In this document: positions 51,718-62,899 of the stretch, piece by piece | Layout of the letters: each line of letters starts with the position of its first letter | How positions within the stretch are numbered: the first letter of the stretch is position 1 | Origin: Gammaproteobacteria bacterium | Lineage (GTDB): Bacteria > Pseudomonadota > Gammaproteobacteria > JBCCGL01 | Assembly: GCA_965277715.1 (NCBI GenBank) | Contig: OZ255836.1 | Span: 2,496,001-2,560,000 of the forward strand | Direction: 5' to 3' | DNA length: 64,000 bases | The notes under the pieces: model-generated | Seen by the model: only the letters and a program-made list of their open reading frames with translations | What the model was told of the DNA's origin: nothing | The model's database searches: none | Program-made: the position numbers and the translations under genes

Positions 51718-53926
51718 ACACTTGAGCACGCTGCCTTAAAATCTGCTGCGCCAGCACAGGCGCGGCAACCAGTAAAGCAAAAATATCACTGCCCGTACTG
51801 GGTGCAACCAATAGCAACCCAGCCACTGCCATTAACAACCGCCATAACCCGGACAGTGGCTGTAAATAATACCCAGACACAGCTGTAGCAATCGCAAATA
51901 CCCCCATCGCACAGGTAATAGATACCTGTAAAAATGAGGTCACGGTAAAGTATTCCGGCAATACAATTAATATCGTCGGCGCGTAGACAAACACCATCGG
52001 CACCATTAATTTACCAATGCCCAATGTAAATGCATTAATACCGGTTCTAAACGGATTTGCATTAGCAATGCCCGCTGCGGCATAGGCCGAGGCACACACC
52101 GGCGGGGTTATTTCTGAAATTACCCCGTAATACAACACAAACATATGGGTCGCCAAAGGTGGCACACCCAAATTCGCCAAGGCAGGTTGAGCAACGGCGA
52201 CCAACATAATATAGAGCGCTGTCGTCGGCAGCCCTGCGCCCATCAATATACAGGCAATGGCGATCATCACCAGCGAGAGAAACTGCTGAATCGACGATTG
52301 GGAAAAAGCCTCTGACGGTATCCAGCTCAATAGCGGGAAAAGACTTTCCGCCATGTCCGCCGCACCACTGGTCACCATAAAACCCAATCGAAAACCAACC
52401 CCTGTGGTATTAATCACCCCAACGACAATACCTACCGCTGCGGAAGCCGCACCAACGGCAAGCGCGTACTGTACACCCACATGAAAGCTGTCGAATAAAT
52501 CCTTAAAACGGCTGCGCTGACCTTTGTGCAACAGGCTCAGCACCACCAGCCCACCTAAAATGCCCGCCATAACAGGTGAGAACCCCTCCCCACTCAAGGG
52601 TGACGCTTTCCAGAATATAAATGCCAATAAGGCAAACGGCACGACTAACGAGACCGGTCGCTGAAACGATGAAAAACCCACCACAACGCAAAGACTGATG
52701 CCCATAAACGCGGCCATATTCGGTGAATACCCTGAAAATAAAACAATCAGCAGGGCAACCAGCGGAATCACTGTAAACCAACCGTTGCGCCATACCTTAA
52801 TAAAGTTGGGCAATTGATCTTTTGGGTAGGTGTACAAGCCAAGCCTTTTCGCGGTGAAATGGACAATAGACAGCACACCGATGTAATGCATCATCGCGGG
52901 CACCAGCGCAGCAATGACGATAGTGGTGTAAGGCACTTCGAGGTATTCAGCCATGAGAAAACTGGCAGCCCCCATAATCGGCGGGGTAATTTGCCCACCG
53001 GCACTCGCTGCGGCTTCGACGCCACCGGCAAAGTGCCCTGGGTACCCCATTCTTTTCATATTGGGTATCGTCAGGGAACCCGTCGATACCGTATTGGCAA
53101 TCGATGACCCGGAGATAGTGCCAAAGAACGCCGAGGAAATCACACTGACCTTCGCTGGCCCGCCGGTATAACGCCCCGCGAGTATCATCGCATTGTCGAC
53201 AAAGAACTGCCCCAAGCCCATGCGTTGGGCGACCACACCAAACAATACAAAATGAAACACCACCGTTGACACTACCCACAAGGTGATGCCAAAAATCCCC
53301 TCAAATGGAAAATACATATTATTAATAAACTGACGCCAGTCGACACCGGGGTGCTGCAGTATTTGCGCAGGCATATAAGGGCCAAACAACGCAAAGATAA
53401 CAAATACCAGAATAATCATTGGCAGGATAAAGCCGATGGTGCGCCGCGCTATTTCAAGCGCTGCCAATACCAATACAGAGCCAAAAAAAACATCCAGGCC
53501 AGTTGGGTTGCCCTGGCGTAACATTTGCTCAGGTATATCCAAGCCAAATGACGAAAGGCCTCGCCAACTTACCCAGAGAAATAAGGCCGCCGCCATCGCC
53601 AGCAACATAAAAACCCAGTCGTAAAGCGGCACATTGCCCCAGGTCAAACGCCCTTTATTCTGATACTGCAATGCCGCTGCCGTTTTGAGCAACGGAAACC
53701 CCACAAAGATAAAAAAAAACAAACCGGCGAGGTGCACGCCCATATGCACATAATCCACTGGCGTACCAAAACCGGCCGTCCACAAATGGTAAAAGGCAAA
53801 TACGATGGACGCCCAATAAAGTACCTGCGAGAGTACCGGGCCATTTGCACGCGTATTTAAAGAGGTGTCGTATTTTTTCTCGATCTCTTCCAACGCCTTG
53901 GCATCCAGCGTTTTCTGCTCAGTCAT
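51716..53926 (-). CDS. TRAP transporter 4TM/12TM fused permease
   Basis: EGIFG, GGPAKV, GSSIAN, EAAASAGGQITPPIMGA, ITPPV. Confidence 0.95.
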   Translation of the reverse strand: MTEQKTLDAKALEEIEKKYDTSLNTRANGPVLSQVLYWASIVFAFYHLWTAGFGTPVDYVHMGVHLAGLFFFIFVGFPLLKTAAALQYQNKGRLTWGNVPLYDWVFMLLAMAAALFLWVSWRGLSSFGLDIPEQMLRQGNPTGLDVFFGSVLVLAALEIARRTIGFILPMIILVFVIFALFGPYMPAQILQHPGVDWRQFINNMYFPFEGIFGITLWVVSTVVFHFVLFGVVAQRMGLGQFFVDNAMILAGRYTGGPAKVSVISSAFFGTISGSSIANTVSTGSLTIPNMKRMGYPGHFAGGVEAAASAGGQITPPIMGAASFLMAEYLEVPYTTIVIAALVPAMMHYIGVLSIVHFTAKRLGLYTYPKDQLPNFIKVWRNGWFTVIPLVALLIVLFSGYSPNMAAFMGISLCVVVGFSSFQRPVSLVVPFALLAFIFWKASPLSGEGFSPVMAGILGGLVVLSLLHKGQRSRFKDLFDSFHVGVQYALAVGAASAAVGIVVGVINTTGVGFRLGFMVTSGAADMAESLFPLLSWIPSEAFSQSSIQQFLSLVMIAIACILMGAGLPTTALYIMLVAVAQPALANLGVPPLATHMFVLYYGVISEITPPVCASAYAAAGIANANPFRTGINAFTLGIGKLMVPMVFVYAPTILIVLPEYFTVTSFLQVSITCAMGVFAIATAVSGYYLQPLSGLWRLLMAVAGLLLVAPSTGSDIFALLVAAPVLAQQILRQRAQV

Positions 53927-53958
53927 GTTACCTATCCGACTCGATGTGGCACAAATAG

Positions 53959-53987
53959 AAAAAGGGCGGCAAGTTGCCGCCCTTTTT
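53959..53987 (-). terminator. Bidirectional intrinsic terminator/stabiliser hairpin between TAXI and permease genes
   Basis: AAAAAGGGCGGCAA-G-TTGCCGCCCTTTTT perfect stem. Confidence 0.75.
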
Positions 53988-54026
53988 ACTCATTATCGCG
54001 TTGTAAAAACGCCTTGCTAAAAGATG

Positions 54027-55037
54027 TTACAGCATTCCCTGTTCTTTATAGAAACGCGCCGCCCCCGGATGCAGCGGCACACCAATGCCCGTAACCCCGT
54101 CAAGCGCGCTATCCAGTGTAATCACTTTACCCTTGGCATGACCATTATCCAGTAGCTTACGCGCTGTGTTAGACCACAAAGCCTTGGTGATTTCATAGAT
54201 AAGTGCCTCATCCTGATTGGCGTTGGTAACCAAAATACCGCTTACAGCCAGTGTGTTCACGTCATAGGTGACACCGGGATAAGTGCTCGCAGGAATAGTG
54301 GAGGGGATGTAATAGGGTACTGTGGCATTACCCATTTTTACCTCTTCATCGCTGAAGGAATAAAGCTCCATACCCTTGGTGTTGTCGAGCTGGATCATCG
54401 CGGCAACCGGTGTGCCCGCCGCATAGAAATAGGCATCCAACTGGCCATCAGCCAAGCGCTCGGCGCTCTGTGAGTTATTCAGCTCAGCTTCATCGATATT
54501 GTCGCGGTTAATACCGTGGTCGCCAATAATTAGCTCAACAGCGATTTGAGTCCCCGAACCGGCTTGCGCAATCCCGACGCGTTTGCCTTTGAGGTCAGCA
54601 AGGTTTTTCAGGCTGTCGCCCTTAGGCAACACCAGGTGCAGATCCTCTGGGTAAAGGTTGGCAATAATGCGCAGATCGGGCTTGGCATTATTTTTAAATT
54701 TACCAATGCCTTTATAGGCAAAGTGCAGTGTTGCCGCACCGGATAACCCCGCCTCCATTTGCCCCGCTTGAATCGCGTTGACATTATGCGCTGAAGCATT
54801 GGTGGATTGCGCCATCGCCACAAGCCCGGGCACGCCGCAGTTCCCGCCCTTATCACAGGCACGCGAACCGGGAGGGTTAGAAATAGCATTGGCTATAATG
54901 CCGCCAATAGGAAAATAAGTCCCACCGGCACCACCGGTGCCGATACGAAAAAACCGCATCTCTTCCGCCTGAACAACAGCGGCAGATGCCATAGCACATG
55001 TTAAAGCTGCGCTGACTAACGTCGTTTTTAATTTCAT
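54027..55037 (-). CDS. TAXI-family TRAP solute-binding protein
   Basis: Signal peptide, IGTGG.GGTYFPIG, GSGT, PLHPGA..FY.E.G. Confidence 0.95.
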   Translation of the reverse strand: MKLKTTLVSAALTCAMASAAVVQAEEMRFFRIGTGGAGGTYFPIGGIIANAISNPPGSRACDKGGNCGVPGLVAMAQSTNASAHNVNAIQAGQMEAGLSGAATLHFAYKGIGKFKNNAKPDLRIIANLYPEDLHLVLPKGDSLKNLADLKGKRVGIAQAGSGTQIAVELIIGDHGINRDNIDEAELNNSQSAERLADGQLDAYFYAAGTPVAAMIQLDNTKGMELYSFSDEEVKMGNATVPYYIPSTIPASTYPGVTYDVNTLAVSGILVTNANQDEALIYEITKALWSNTARKLLDNGHAKGKVITLDSALDGVTGIGVPLHPGAARFYKEQGML

Positions 55038-55076
55038 TACTCAGTCCTCCTAAAGAACGTTTATTGATATAGCTTG

Positions 55077-55105
55077 AACCTAAATTCCTCAGTTGAATCT
55101 AGGTT
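55077..55105. repeat. 29-bp palindromic mini-element
   Basis: AACCTAAATTCCTCAGTTGAATCTAGGTT; reverse-complement match to the repeat terminus GATTCAACTGCGGAATTTAGGTT. Confidence 0.6.
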
Positions 55106-55189
55106 GAAAGAATCAGGTCACTGTATTCAGTTTTTTACACCATTTATAACATACGCTGATAGTCCCCAGAGTAAAGACCCAATACCACG

Positions 55190-55456
55190 ATGTCTATAAT
55201 TTTTTATAGAGATACTCTAGCGCACCGCCAGGCGACCAAACTCCTGGAACATTTTGGCAAGCGGGTGCAGCGCTCGGTGTTCGAGATTTCCGTGGTATCG
55301 CAAGACGATTTACGCCGGCTGAGGAAGGCGTTGCTGAATTATCTGGAGCCGTTTGACGATTTGCGCTTTTACTCGCTATGCCGCGAGTGCCGGGGAAAAT
55401 ATCAAGATGCCAAAGGAGAAAGAGTGGCGGTGTTTCCCACTGCGGTGGTGGTGTAA
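55190..55456 (+). pseudogene. cas2: Orphan Cas2-like endoribonuclease (N-terminus degenerate)
   Basis: KLLE.FG.RVQRSVFE, L..L...L......DDLRFY.LC..C. Canonical N-terminal YDI motif missing. Confidence 0.75.
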
Positions 55457-55504
55457 CCTGACGTTATTCCAACCAGCCTTTTATATACACCCTATAAAAG
55501 CGAC

Positions 55505-56129
55505 AAGCAAAGTAACCGCGCACACAGAGGCCGAAGCCAAAGCGCGCAAAATGACGATTACTGAAAAACCGCCGAGCATCCCCCACCCAGATTGGGCGTA
55601 CAACGTTGGCCAAGGTGCGCGAGTTGGCAAACTTACGGCCCTAAACCTGGATAATAGCTTGGCCGTGATAAAACTGAATTAGGCACTGGACAAACTCAGC
55701 GATACACAACTGAAAGCCCGGTTTTACAAACAACTGGGTATTGAAGAAGGCGGCTTATTTGTCGATGCCGTGGACGACCCTATGTGGGTGGGGGATGAAC
55801 TGTTCACCGCCGCCAGCGGTCACAGCAAACTGAAAAAATGCCAGCGGCACTTGTATCTTGATGAACTGGCAAACACCATCACCACGCCGGATGAAATCTA
55901 CCTAGAAGCCGAGACACTGAGCAACGGCAAAAGCCGGATTGTTAAAAAAATGTTGCGCTACTTCAAAACCGAAGACGGCAAAGACAAAGCACTAATGGCC
56001 ATATTTGAATACAGGGAGGACAAAACCCTGGGCGTAAGCGCCTACGTGGTCGAGGGTAAAGACAGCATCGAAAGAAAGCGTACAAAACGTTTAGTGTACA
56101 AAAAAGGCAGTGATGGTCCAGGCAATTGA
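55505..56129 (+). pseudogene. Phage MuF (head morphogenesis) protein tail fused to a PBECR-type nuclease domain, interrupted by a stop at 55680
   Basis: PPSIPHPDWAYNVG (MuF C-terminal motif) and RHLYL..LA.TI.TPDEIY lie in the same frame, separated by one TAG. Confidence 0.6.
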
Positions 56130-56236
56130 GTGGCCCGGGTTTTGTCCTATGCAATTGCGCAACCCATATACCCGGCATTCTGAACCTCACCGCCTTCAGT
56201 ATAGCCTATCATCAAGTGAAATAAACGAGGCCCGCC

Positions 56237-56428
56237 ATGTGTGAGAATCTGGAACTGTTCGACGAATACACCGCCACGCTTTTTAGCACCCTGTACCAAA
56301 CCTTCCCGGTGAAGCAGGATATAGACATACTGGAACTGATCCGGCGCGATGAAATGAGCGACTTTGGCACCATCGTCAATGCCCAAGGCACCCCCTCAAA
56401 ACATGCAGAAGTCGCCTGGCATACGCTC
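56237..56428 (+). pseudogene. Truncated hypothetical protein
   Basis: MCENLELFDEYTATLFSTLYQTFPV..., cut by the IS3 fragment. Confidence 0.45.
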
Positions 56429-56562
56429 AAATGTAATCGCTGGCGATTGTAAAAAACCTCAATATATTCAAAAATAGCTTGTCTGACCTCCTCTCGGGTT
56501 GACCAGCTTTGCTGGTAAATTAATGCTGTTTTCAGTGTGTGGAAAAAGCTTTCTGCAACACT
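56427..56562 (-). mobile_element. IS3-family transposase fragment
   Basis: Manual translation VAESFFHTLKTALIY...REEVRQAIFEYIEVFYNRQRLH. Confidence 0.85.
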
Positions 56563-56644
56563 ATGACGCTCCTATGTCAATAGCGGGCCAAATTATTATC
56601 TAAATCGCTTAAAACGAGTGGGTACAACTCTCTAACAATATATC

Positions 56645-57137
56645 CTCTGTACAGGACAAAATAAATTAAGACATTGAAATAAAAAGAATAAATGTAAAGA
56701 TAAATCTCTTTCAAGTTGTCTGAGTTTCACGACAAGACCTAGCAACGTAAAATGAAAGAGATTTATCAACTGGTAAGTTTGTTGAGTATCAGCAGCGCTG
56801 GCAAATAGAGAGTTTATTCCAGGCATTAAAAGGTCGAGGGTTCGATATGGAAAAGACACATTTAACGAAACCTGATAGGGTTGAAAAACTACTGGTATTG
56901 GTGAGTTTAACATTTTGTTGGTGTTATCAGATTGGTCATAAACAGCAAAAAACCACACCGATCAAAAAGAAAAATCATGGCCGCCACAGTAAAAGTGTTT
57001 TTCGGTTAGGGTTGGAAACGGTTTCCCGGGTTGTTTTGAACATAGGGGAACAACAGTTGCAGTAGCAAATGCTGCTTCAACCTTTTAGACAATTAAAAAC
57101 CGACCTCTTATTGTTATAATAATTGTCCTGTACAGAG
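56645..57137 (+). mobile_element. Internally deleted IS4-like element (MITE-sized)
   Basis: Perfect 15-bp terminal IRs CTCTGTACAGGACAA / TTGTCCTGTACAGAG; residual Y..RW.IE..., GF..E.TH, KKKNHGR..KSVFRLGL. Confidence 0.82.
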
Positions 57138-57311
57138 CCGATTGACTCAAAAGTGATTTCATCACCGAGCAAGTAATGGTTTGACAACCAGCCGTTTTTT
57201 ACCGCTGACATGACACGAATCCTCTATTGGCAGGCTCTTTGCAGTTATTCACTACGATAAGGGCATAATAAGCCAGACAATGCACACCCGGCAACGTGCA
57301 CCATAGCAACG

Positions 57312-58019
57312 CTATTTCAACTCATCAATCACTTGCTCAATACTGGTGTGCCGGATAACCCGCCCACTGACGGCATACACAACGTATTCACAGATATTGC
57401 AACTGTGATTGGCAATGCGCTCCAGTGAACGGGCGCACCATAAGGCGTTCAAGGCGTGTTTGATCTGCCGTGGATCTTCCATCATATGGGTGATCAACTG
57501 GCGCATCACACCATCGTATTCACGGTTGATTTTTGCATCTTCTGTGGCGACGGTTAAGGCCGCGTCAACATCCATACGGGCAAAGGCATCCAGGGTGCCC
57601 TGTAGCATGGTGCGCACGTGCTGGCCCAGGTTAGCGGTGCCCTGCAAGAGGGTATCCCCACCCCCTATCTCTGCCAGTTCCACCGCAAATCGCCCCAGTT
57701 TTTCCGCCTGGTCACCGATGCGCTCCAGGTCGGTAATGGTTTTTATGATCGTGACGATAACGCGCAGGTCGCTGGCAGCAGGCTGTCGCAGTGCGATGAT
57801 CTGTGTGCACTCCTCGTCTATTTCCACTTCCATTGCGTTGATTTTGTAATCGCTGGTGGCGACCTGTTGCCCCAACTCGCTGTCCAGTGTCAGCAGGGCA
57901 GTCAGACCATCACCCACCTGTTGTTCAACCAGGCCACCCATTGCCAATACTTTATTGCGCACATCATCCATTTCGTCGTTAAACTGGTGGGAAATGTGTT
58001 TACCGATATTCATTTGCAT
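57312..58019 (-). CDS. phoU: Phosphate signalling protein PhoU
   Basis: HISHQF, RQPAASDLR, DLERIGD, SLERIANH. Confidence 0.96.
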   Translation of the reverse strand: MQMNIGKHISHQFNDEMDDVRNKVLAMGGLVEQQVGDGLTALLTLDSELGQQVATSDYKINAMEVEIDEECTQIIALRQPAASDLRVIVTIIKTITDLERIGDQAEKLGRFAVELAEIGGGDTLLQGTANLGQHVRTMLQGTLDAFARMDVDAALTVATEDAKINREYDGVMRQLITHMMEDPRQIKHALNALWCARSLERIANHSCNICEYVVYAVSGRVIRHTSIEQVIDELK

Positions 58020-58032
58020 CGCTATACCCCCC

Positions 58033-58851
58033 CTAACCGTAGCGCCCGGTAATATAGTCTTCTGTTTGTTGTTTTTGCGGGTTGGTAAACACCTGCTCGG
58101 TGGCCCCAAACTCGACTAATTCGCCTAAATACATAAACGCGGTATTGTCTGAGACACGCGCCGCCTGCTGCATATTGTGGGTCACGATAACAATCGTGTA
58201 GCGGGTTTTAAGCTCGCTGATCAGTTCTTCAATTTTCAGGGTCGAGATGGGGTCGAGCGCCGAGGCCGGTTCGTCGAGCAATAAAACCTCTGGCTCCACG
58301 GCAATCGCCCGCGCAATCACCAGCCGCTGTTGTTGACCACCAGACAGGCCAAACGCGCTGTCGTGCAGGCGGTCTTTGACTTCATCCCACAGCGCAGCCC
58401 CACGCAATGAACGTTCAATCACTTCGTCGAGTATGCGCCGTTTGTTGATGCCCTGTAGACGCAGACCGTAGGCGACGTTTTCATAAATCGATTTGGGAAA
58501 CGGGTTGGGTTTTTGAAACACCATGCCAATACGGCGGCGCAGGACAGAGACGTTTACCTCGGGGGCGTAGATATTGTCGCTGTGCAGCAGTACCCTGCCT
58601 TCAATACGCACTGAATCAACCAGGTCGTTCATCCGGTTAAAACAGCGTAGTAGTGTCGATTTGCCGCAACCACTGGGGCCAATAAACGCGGTGACCTGCT
58701 GCCGGGGAATCGCCAGCGATACCGCATGTAAAGCCTGTTGCGCCGCATAGAAAAGATTTAGGTTCTCGACGTTAAGGCACACCTGTTCACTGTCAATGTG
58801 TGTGTCTGTCGATGCTGACCGGTTTGTCGTTGTTGAAGATAATGCAGTCAT
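58033..58851 (-). CDS. pstB: Phosphate ABC transporter ATPase
   Basis: [32 protein letters not shown]. Confidence 0.97.
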   Translation of the reverse strand: MTALSSTTTNRSASTDTHIDSEQVCLNVENLNLFYAAQQALHAVSLAIPRQQVTAFIGPSGCGKSTLLRCFNRMNDLVDSVRIEGRVLLHSDNIYAPEVNVSVLRRRIGMVFQKPNPFPKSIYENVAYGLRLQGINKRRILDEVIERSLRGAALWDEVKDRLHDSAFGLSGGQQQRLVIARAIAVEPEVLLLDEPASALDPISTLKIEELISELKTRYTIVIVTHNMQQAARVSDNTAFMYLGELVEFGATEQVFTNPQKQQTEDYITGRYG

Positions 58852-58868
58852 AGAGCGCGTCTTATCGG

Positions 58869-60575
58869 TTAGTTTTCGAGTGCTTTGTATTTTTCGCGCA
58901 AACGGTTGCGGATCGAAATAGCCAGTACATTAAGCAGGATAATCACCACAATCAATACCAGCGAGGTGGCATAGACCAGCGGGCGGGCCGCCTCGACATT
59001 CGGGCTTTGAAAGCCCACATCGTAGATGTGAAAACCCAGGTGCATAAATTTCCGCTCCAGGTGCAGAAACGGAAAGTTACCATCCAGTGGTAGCGAGGGC
59101 GCCAGCTTGACAACACCCACCAACATCAAAGGCGCCACCTCACCCGCAGCGCGGGCAATGGCGAGGATAACGCCGGTCATAATCGCCGGGCTGGCCATCG
59201 GCAATACTGTGTGCCAGAGCGTTTCGATTTTAGTGGCGCCCAATGCCAAAGAACCCTCACGAATAGACCGTGGCACCCGCGCTAAGCCCTCTTCAGTGGC
59301 TACAATCACCACCGGCACGGTCAACAGCGCCAGGGTCAACGACGCCCACAATAAACCGGGCGTGCCAAAGGTGGGGGCCGGTTTAAGTTCCGGGTAGAAC
59401 AGGGTATCGATGGAACCGCCGAGGAAATAAACAAAAAACCCCAGACCAAATACACCGTAGACAATCGATGGCACACCCGCCAGGTTGTTGACCGCGATGC
59501 GCACCAGGCGAATTAACACGCCCTGCCTGGCATACTCGCGCAAATACACCGCCGCAATCACCCCAAACGGGGTGACCAGTACCGACATTACCAGCACCAT
59601 CATCACCGTGCCGAAAATGGCGGGGAAAATGCCTCCTTCGGTATTCGCCTCGCGGGGTTCATCACTGAGGAAAGCCCCTAGCCGGGTGGCGTATAAGCCC
59701 AGTTTTTCCAGTGTGTGCATTTGGTTGGGCCGGTAAGCGCGCACGATTTGCGCCAGGGAGATATCCACGACCTGGCCGTCCATCACCCGCATTTGGATGC
59801 TGTCCCGCTGGCTCTGTTCGATAAGTCGATTCAACGCGGTCTGTAGCTGAGCATACTCGACGCCGAGCGCATCGCGGGCCGTGTGTAGCTCACTGGTTTT
59901 GCTTGCATCCAGCGCATTCTTCAGGGCCAGTTTTTTCTCCTGCAAACGCAGACGCTCGACCTGGTAGTTAATTTTTCCAATATCGCCGCGTTTGATTTGC
60001 TCAATTTGGTCATTCAGCGTCGCCACGCGCTCGATGCGCTTTTGCAGCGCATCCCACGCCATTTGACCACGCGCTTTGACGACGCCGTTTTCACTGACAC
60101 TCTCAAGGTAACCGTAAAAATTGCCCCACTCAAACCGTTCGATAACTAACAGGTCCCGGGGTTGTGATTGGCCTTGAATCAGCGGTGCAACCAGCCACTG
60201 GAAATCCAGACCATAGACATCCCGGTTGCCAGACTTGACCAGGTAACGGGTGACCAACGCCTCTGGCCGCACGTCATCGGCAGCCAACAAGGCGCGCAAG
60301 GCCTTGTTTGATGCCGCCAGTTGCTGGTGCGGCACGCGCTCTTCGCTGACAATCTCACCGATAATAACCGCCGTTTCACCGTTCTCCCCCTGGTAATCAA
60401 ATTGTTGTATATCCGCTGGCCAGAAGTGCCCCAGGCCACGTACAGCGATCAAGCCCAACAAGCCAATCACCATAACAATTGAAAGGGCAATCGCGCCCGC
60501 GTTGAGCCAAATCCACGGCTCGCCGCTTTTATGCCAGGGAGTTTTTTGCGGGGGTGTTTTTTGTGTGATGTCCAT
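58869..60575 (-). CDS. pstA: Phosphate ABC transporter permease PstA (long form)
   Basis: [37 protein letters not shown]. Confidence 0.95.
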   Translation of the reverse strand: MDITQKTPPQKTPWHKSGEPWIWLNAGAIALSIVMVIGLLGLIAVRGLGHFWPADIQQFDYQGENGETAVIIGEIVSEERVPHQQLAASNKALRALLAADDVRPEALVTRYLVKSGNRDVYGLDFQWLVAPLIQGQSQPRDLLVIERFEWGNFYGYLESVSENGVVKARGQMAWDALQKRIERVATLNDQIEQIKRGDIGKINYQVERLRLQEKKLALKNALDASKTSELHTARDALGVEYAQLQTALNRLIEQSQRDSIQMRVMDGQVVDISLAQIVRAYRPNQMHTLEKLGLYATRLGAFLSDEPREANTEGGIFPAIFGTVMMVLVMSVLVTPFGVIAAVYLREYARQGVLIRLVRIAVNNLAGVPSIVYGVFGLGFFVYFLGGSIDTLFYPELKPAPTFGTPGLLWASLTLALLTVPVVIVATEEGLARVPRSIREGSLALGATKIETLWHTVLPMASPAIMTGVILAIARAAGEVAPLMLVGVVKLAPSLPLDGNFPFLHLERKFMHLGFHIYDVGFQSPNVEAARPLVYATSLVLIVVIILLNVLAISIRNRLREKYKALEN

Positions 60576-62845
60576 TACAGATTACTGTATTTTTCGCGCA
60601 GGCGTTGGCGTACCAACTCAGCGACGGTATTGAATAGAAAGGTCACAATAAACAGCACCAGTGCGGCGAGAAACAAGATGCGGTAGTGCGAGCTGCCCAG
60701 CTCTGACTCGGGCATTTCAACCGCGATATTGGCCGACAGCGTGCGCATACCTTCAAAGATATTAAAGTCCATGATCGGGGTATTGCCGGTGGCCATCAGG
60801 ACAATCATGGTTTCACCCACAGCGCGACCCAGGCCGATCATTACCGCCGAAAAGATACCGGGGCTGGCGGTTAAAATCACAACGCGTGAGAGGGTTTGCC
60901 AGGGTGTCGCCCCCAAAGCCAGGGAGCCGACACTGAGGTGTTTTGGCACGCCAAAAATGGCGTCTTCTGAAATGGAAAAGATCGTTGGAATCACCGCAAA
61001 CCCCATTGCCACCCCCACCACCAGCGCATTGCGCTGGTCAAAGGTAATGCCAATGCTGTCCAGCCATTGCGGTGCGTTGCCACCCGGCAACCACCCCTCC
61101 AGTAGCGGCCCGACGGCAAACGCCAGCCAGGTCACCGCCACGACCACGGGAATCAACAGCGCCGCATACCAGGCGCTTCCCAGGCGCTGCGCAAGCGCGG
61201 CGGGCAGGTGTGAACAGGCATAGCCAAACAGCAAAACAGCCAGCGGTAGTAGCAACAACAAGGCCCACACACCCATCAGATTTTTTTCCATCAGTGGCGC
61301 CAGCCACAGACCCGCCAGGAACCCCAGGATAACGGTGGGCAGTGCCTCCATAATCTCGATAGTGGGTTTCACCACCCTGCGCATGGCAGCGGACATAAAA
61401 TAAGCGGTATATATCGCCCCACAAATGGCCAGCGGTACAGCGAATAGCATGGCGTAAAAAGCCGCTTTTAAAGTACCAAAGGTCAGCGGTGCCAAGCTGA
61501 GCTTAGGCTCAAAGTCATTATTTGAAGCGGAGGATTGCCACAGGTATTCAGGCTGCTCAAAGCTTTCGTACCAGACTTTTTGCCACAGTGCCTGCCAGGA
61601 AATTTCCGGGTGCTCGCTGTGCAGTGACCAAACGTGCAATTGTCGATCGGTATCCTCGGCGATAAACCCGTTGCTGCGCGGGGAGACAACCAGACGGGCA
61701 AGGGGTTTTTCACTCACCTGGGCACTGGCGATATGCCGCTGTGCGGTGGTGTGCAAAATAGAAACGCCGCCACGGCTGTCTGCTGTGATAAAACCCTTGC
61801 GGCGTTGCTCGATAGCGATGGAGGTCAGGCGGGATAGGCCGCCCGAGGTATCATTATCTGCATCAAAATAGCGAATTTTTTGCAGGTGGGGCACGCCTTG
61901 CGCGTCACGTACAGGGAACCATTGTGAAACGGTGTTTTTGTCATCGGCGATCAAGAGTGAAAAACCACCCAACAATAAAGCACTCGCTGTCACCGTTTCA
62001 CCTGGCGCCAGTGTGGCAGTCGTTTCAACCAGTGTCGGCGCCGCTTTATCACTCACATCAATCGCGCTGACAACGCCTGTGGGGGTCACTGTATAGAGCG
62101 TCTGCTGCTCTGGGTCGAGCAGTATATTCTGCGCAGTGCCAAGCGGTTCGAGTGGCCATTCAAATACCGACGTCTCCTCTAACTCCGCCTCAATACTGTC
62201 TTCACCGATGCCCTCCTCTTTTAGGAACGTGGCCAACTGCAAGCCATCCGTCACCCGTGCGACAAAGGTAATCTGCTCTTCGTTATTCCCCACTGCAAGT
62301 TGTTGCAGGGCATCACCCTGTTCACTCACCTCCAGCGTTTCCTCACCCAATGGAAATACCAATACCGGGTCTATATAGCGCGTATCACCAACAAAGCGCG
62401 CCCTGTATTGATGGCTGGCGACCAACACCGTGCCATCATCCAGACCCAGCGCAAACCAGCCCCGCCGTGCGTCGACCTCAGCAAAACTGCTGATTGATGC
62501 GCCGTCGGGAACAGGCAGCACATGGCTGGATAGCGTCTCACCATTCGATAAATCAAAAAATAATAATTCGCCGAGGTGATTGATACGCACACCGATCTCA
62601 AACTGCTCATCGATACCAAGATAGAGCGTGTCACCGCCGCCGGGTGCCTGAAAGGTATGCAGCGGTTCAAGTTTTGCGGCATTAAATATCGGGTACACAA
62701 CCGACAACAGGTAGACAAAGATCAGCACGATGGCCGCGATAACACTGATACCCCCCGCCCCCACCAAATAACGGGCAACGATGTCCTTTAAAGTGCGGAG
62801 GTTATCGCGCCTTTGCTGCTTGAAAGTGTGGTGGGGTGTTTGCAT
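60575..62845 (-). CDS. pstC: Phosphate ABC transporter permease PstC with periplasmic beta-propeller-like insertion
   Basis: KPTIEIMEALPTV, GRAVGETMIVLMATGN, RTLSANIAVE. Confidence 0.93.
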   Translation of the reverse strand: MQTPHHTFKQQRRDNLRTLKDIVARYLVGAGGISVIAAIVLIFVYLLSVVYPIFNAAKLEPLHTFQAPGGGDTLYLGIDEQFEIGVRINHLGELLFFDLSNGETLSSHVLPVPDGASISSFAEVDARRGWFALGLDDGTVLVASHQYRARFVGDTRYIDPVLVFPLGEETLEVSEQGDALQQLAVGNNEEQITFVARVTDGLQLATFLKEEGIGEDSIEAELEETSVFEWPLEPLGTAQNILLDPEQQTLYTVTPTGVVSAIDVSDKAAPTLVETTATLAPGETVTASALLLGGFSLLIADDKNTVSQWFPVRDAQGVPHLQKIRYFDADNDTSGGLSRLTSIAIEQRRKGFITADSRGGVSILHTTAQRHIASAQVSEKPLARLVVSPRSNGFIAEDTDRQLHVWSLHSEHPEISWQALWQKVWYESFEQPEYLWQSSASNNDFEPKLSLAPLTFGTLKAAFYAMLFAVPLAICGAIYTAYFMSAAMRRVVKPTIEIMEALPTVILGFLAGLWLAPLMEKNLMGVWALLLLLPLAVLLFGYACSHLPAALAQRLGSAWYAALLIPVVVAVTWLAFAVGPLLEGWLPGGNAPQWLDSIGITFDQRNALVVGVAMGFAVIPTIFSISEDAIFGVPKHLSVGSLALGATPWQTLSRVVILTASPGIFSAVMIGLGRAVGETMIVLMATGNTPIMDFNIFEGMRTLSANIAVEMPESELGSSHYRILFLAALVLFIVTFLFNTVAELVRQRLREKYSNL

Positions 62846-62867
62846 TAGGGCACTTTAACAAGAGATT

Positions 62868-62885
62868 GTGACAAACACATGACAA
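62868..62885 (-). promoter_or_regulatory. Pho box upstream of pstC
   Basis: Minus strand TTGTCAT-GTGT-TTGTCAC (11-bp period), then 10 nt and TAAAGT as -10. Confidence 0.7.
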
Positions 62886-62899
62886 CGGTAAGCATACAA

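Noticed and set aside
55680-55682. Stop-codon readthrough in the MuF-like ORF
   Set aside because: The surrounding DNA is full of truncations and the gene lacks its 5' part; a nonsense mutation is simpler.
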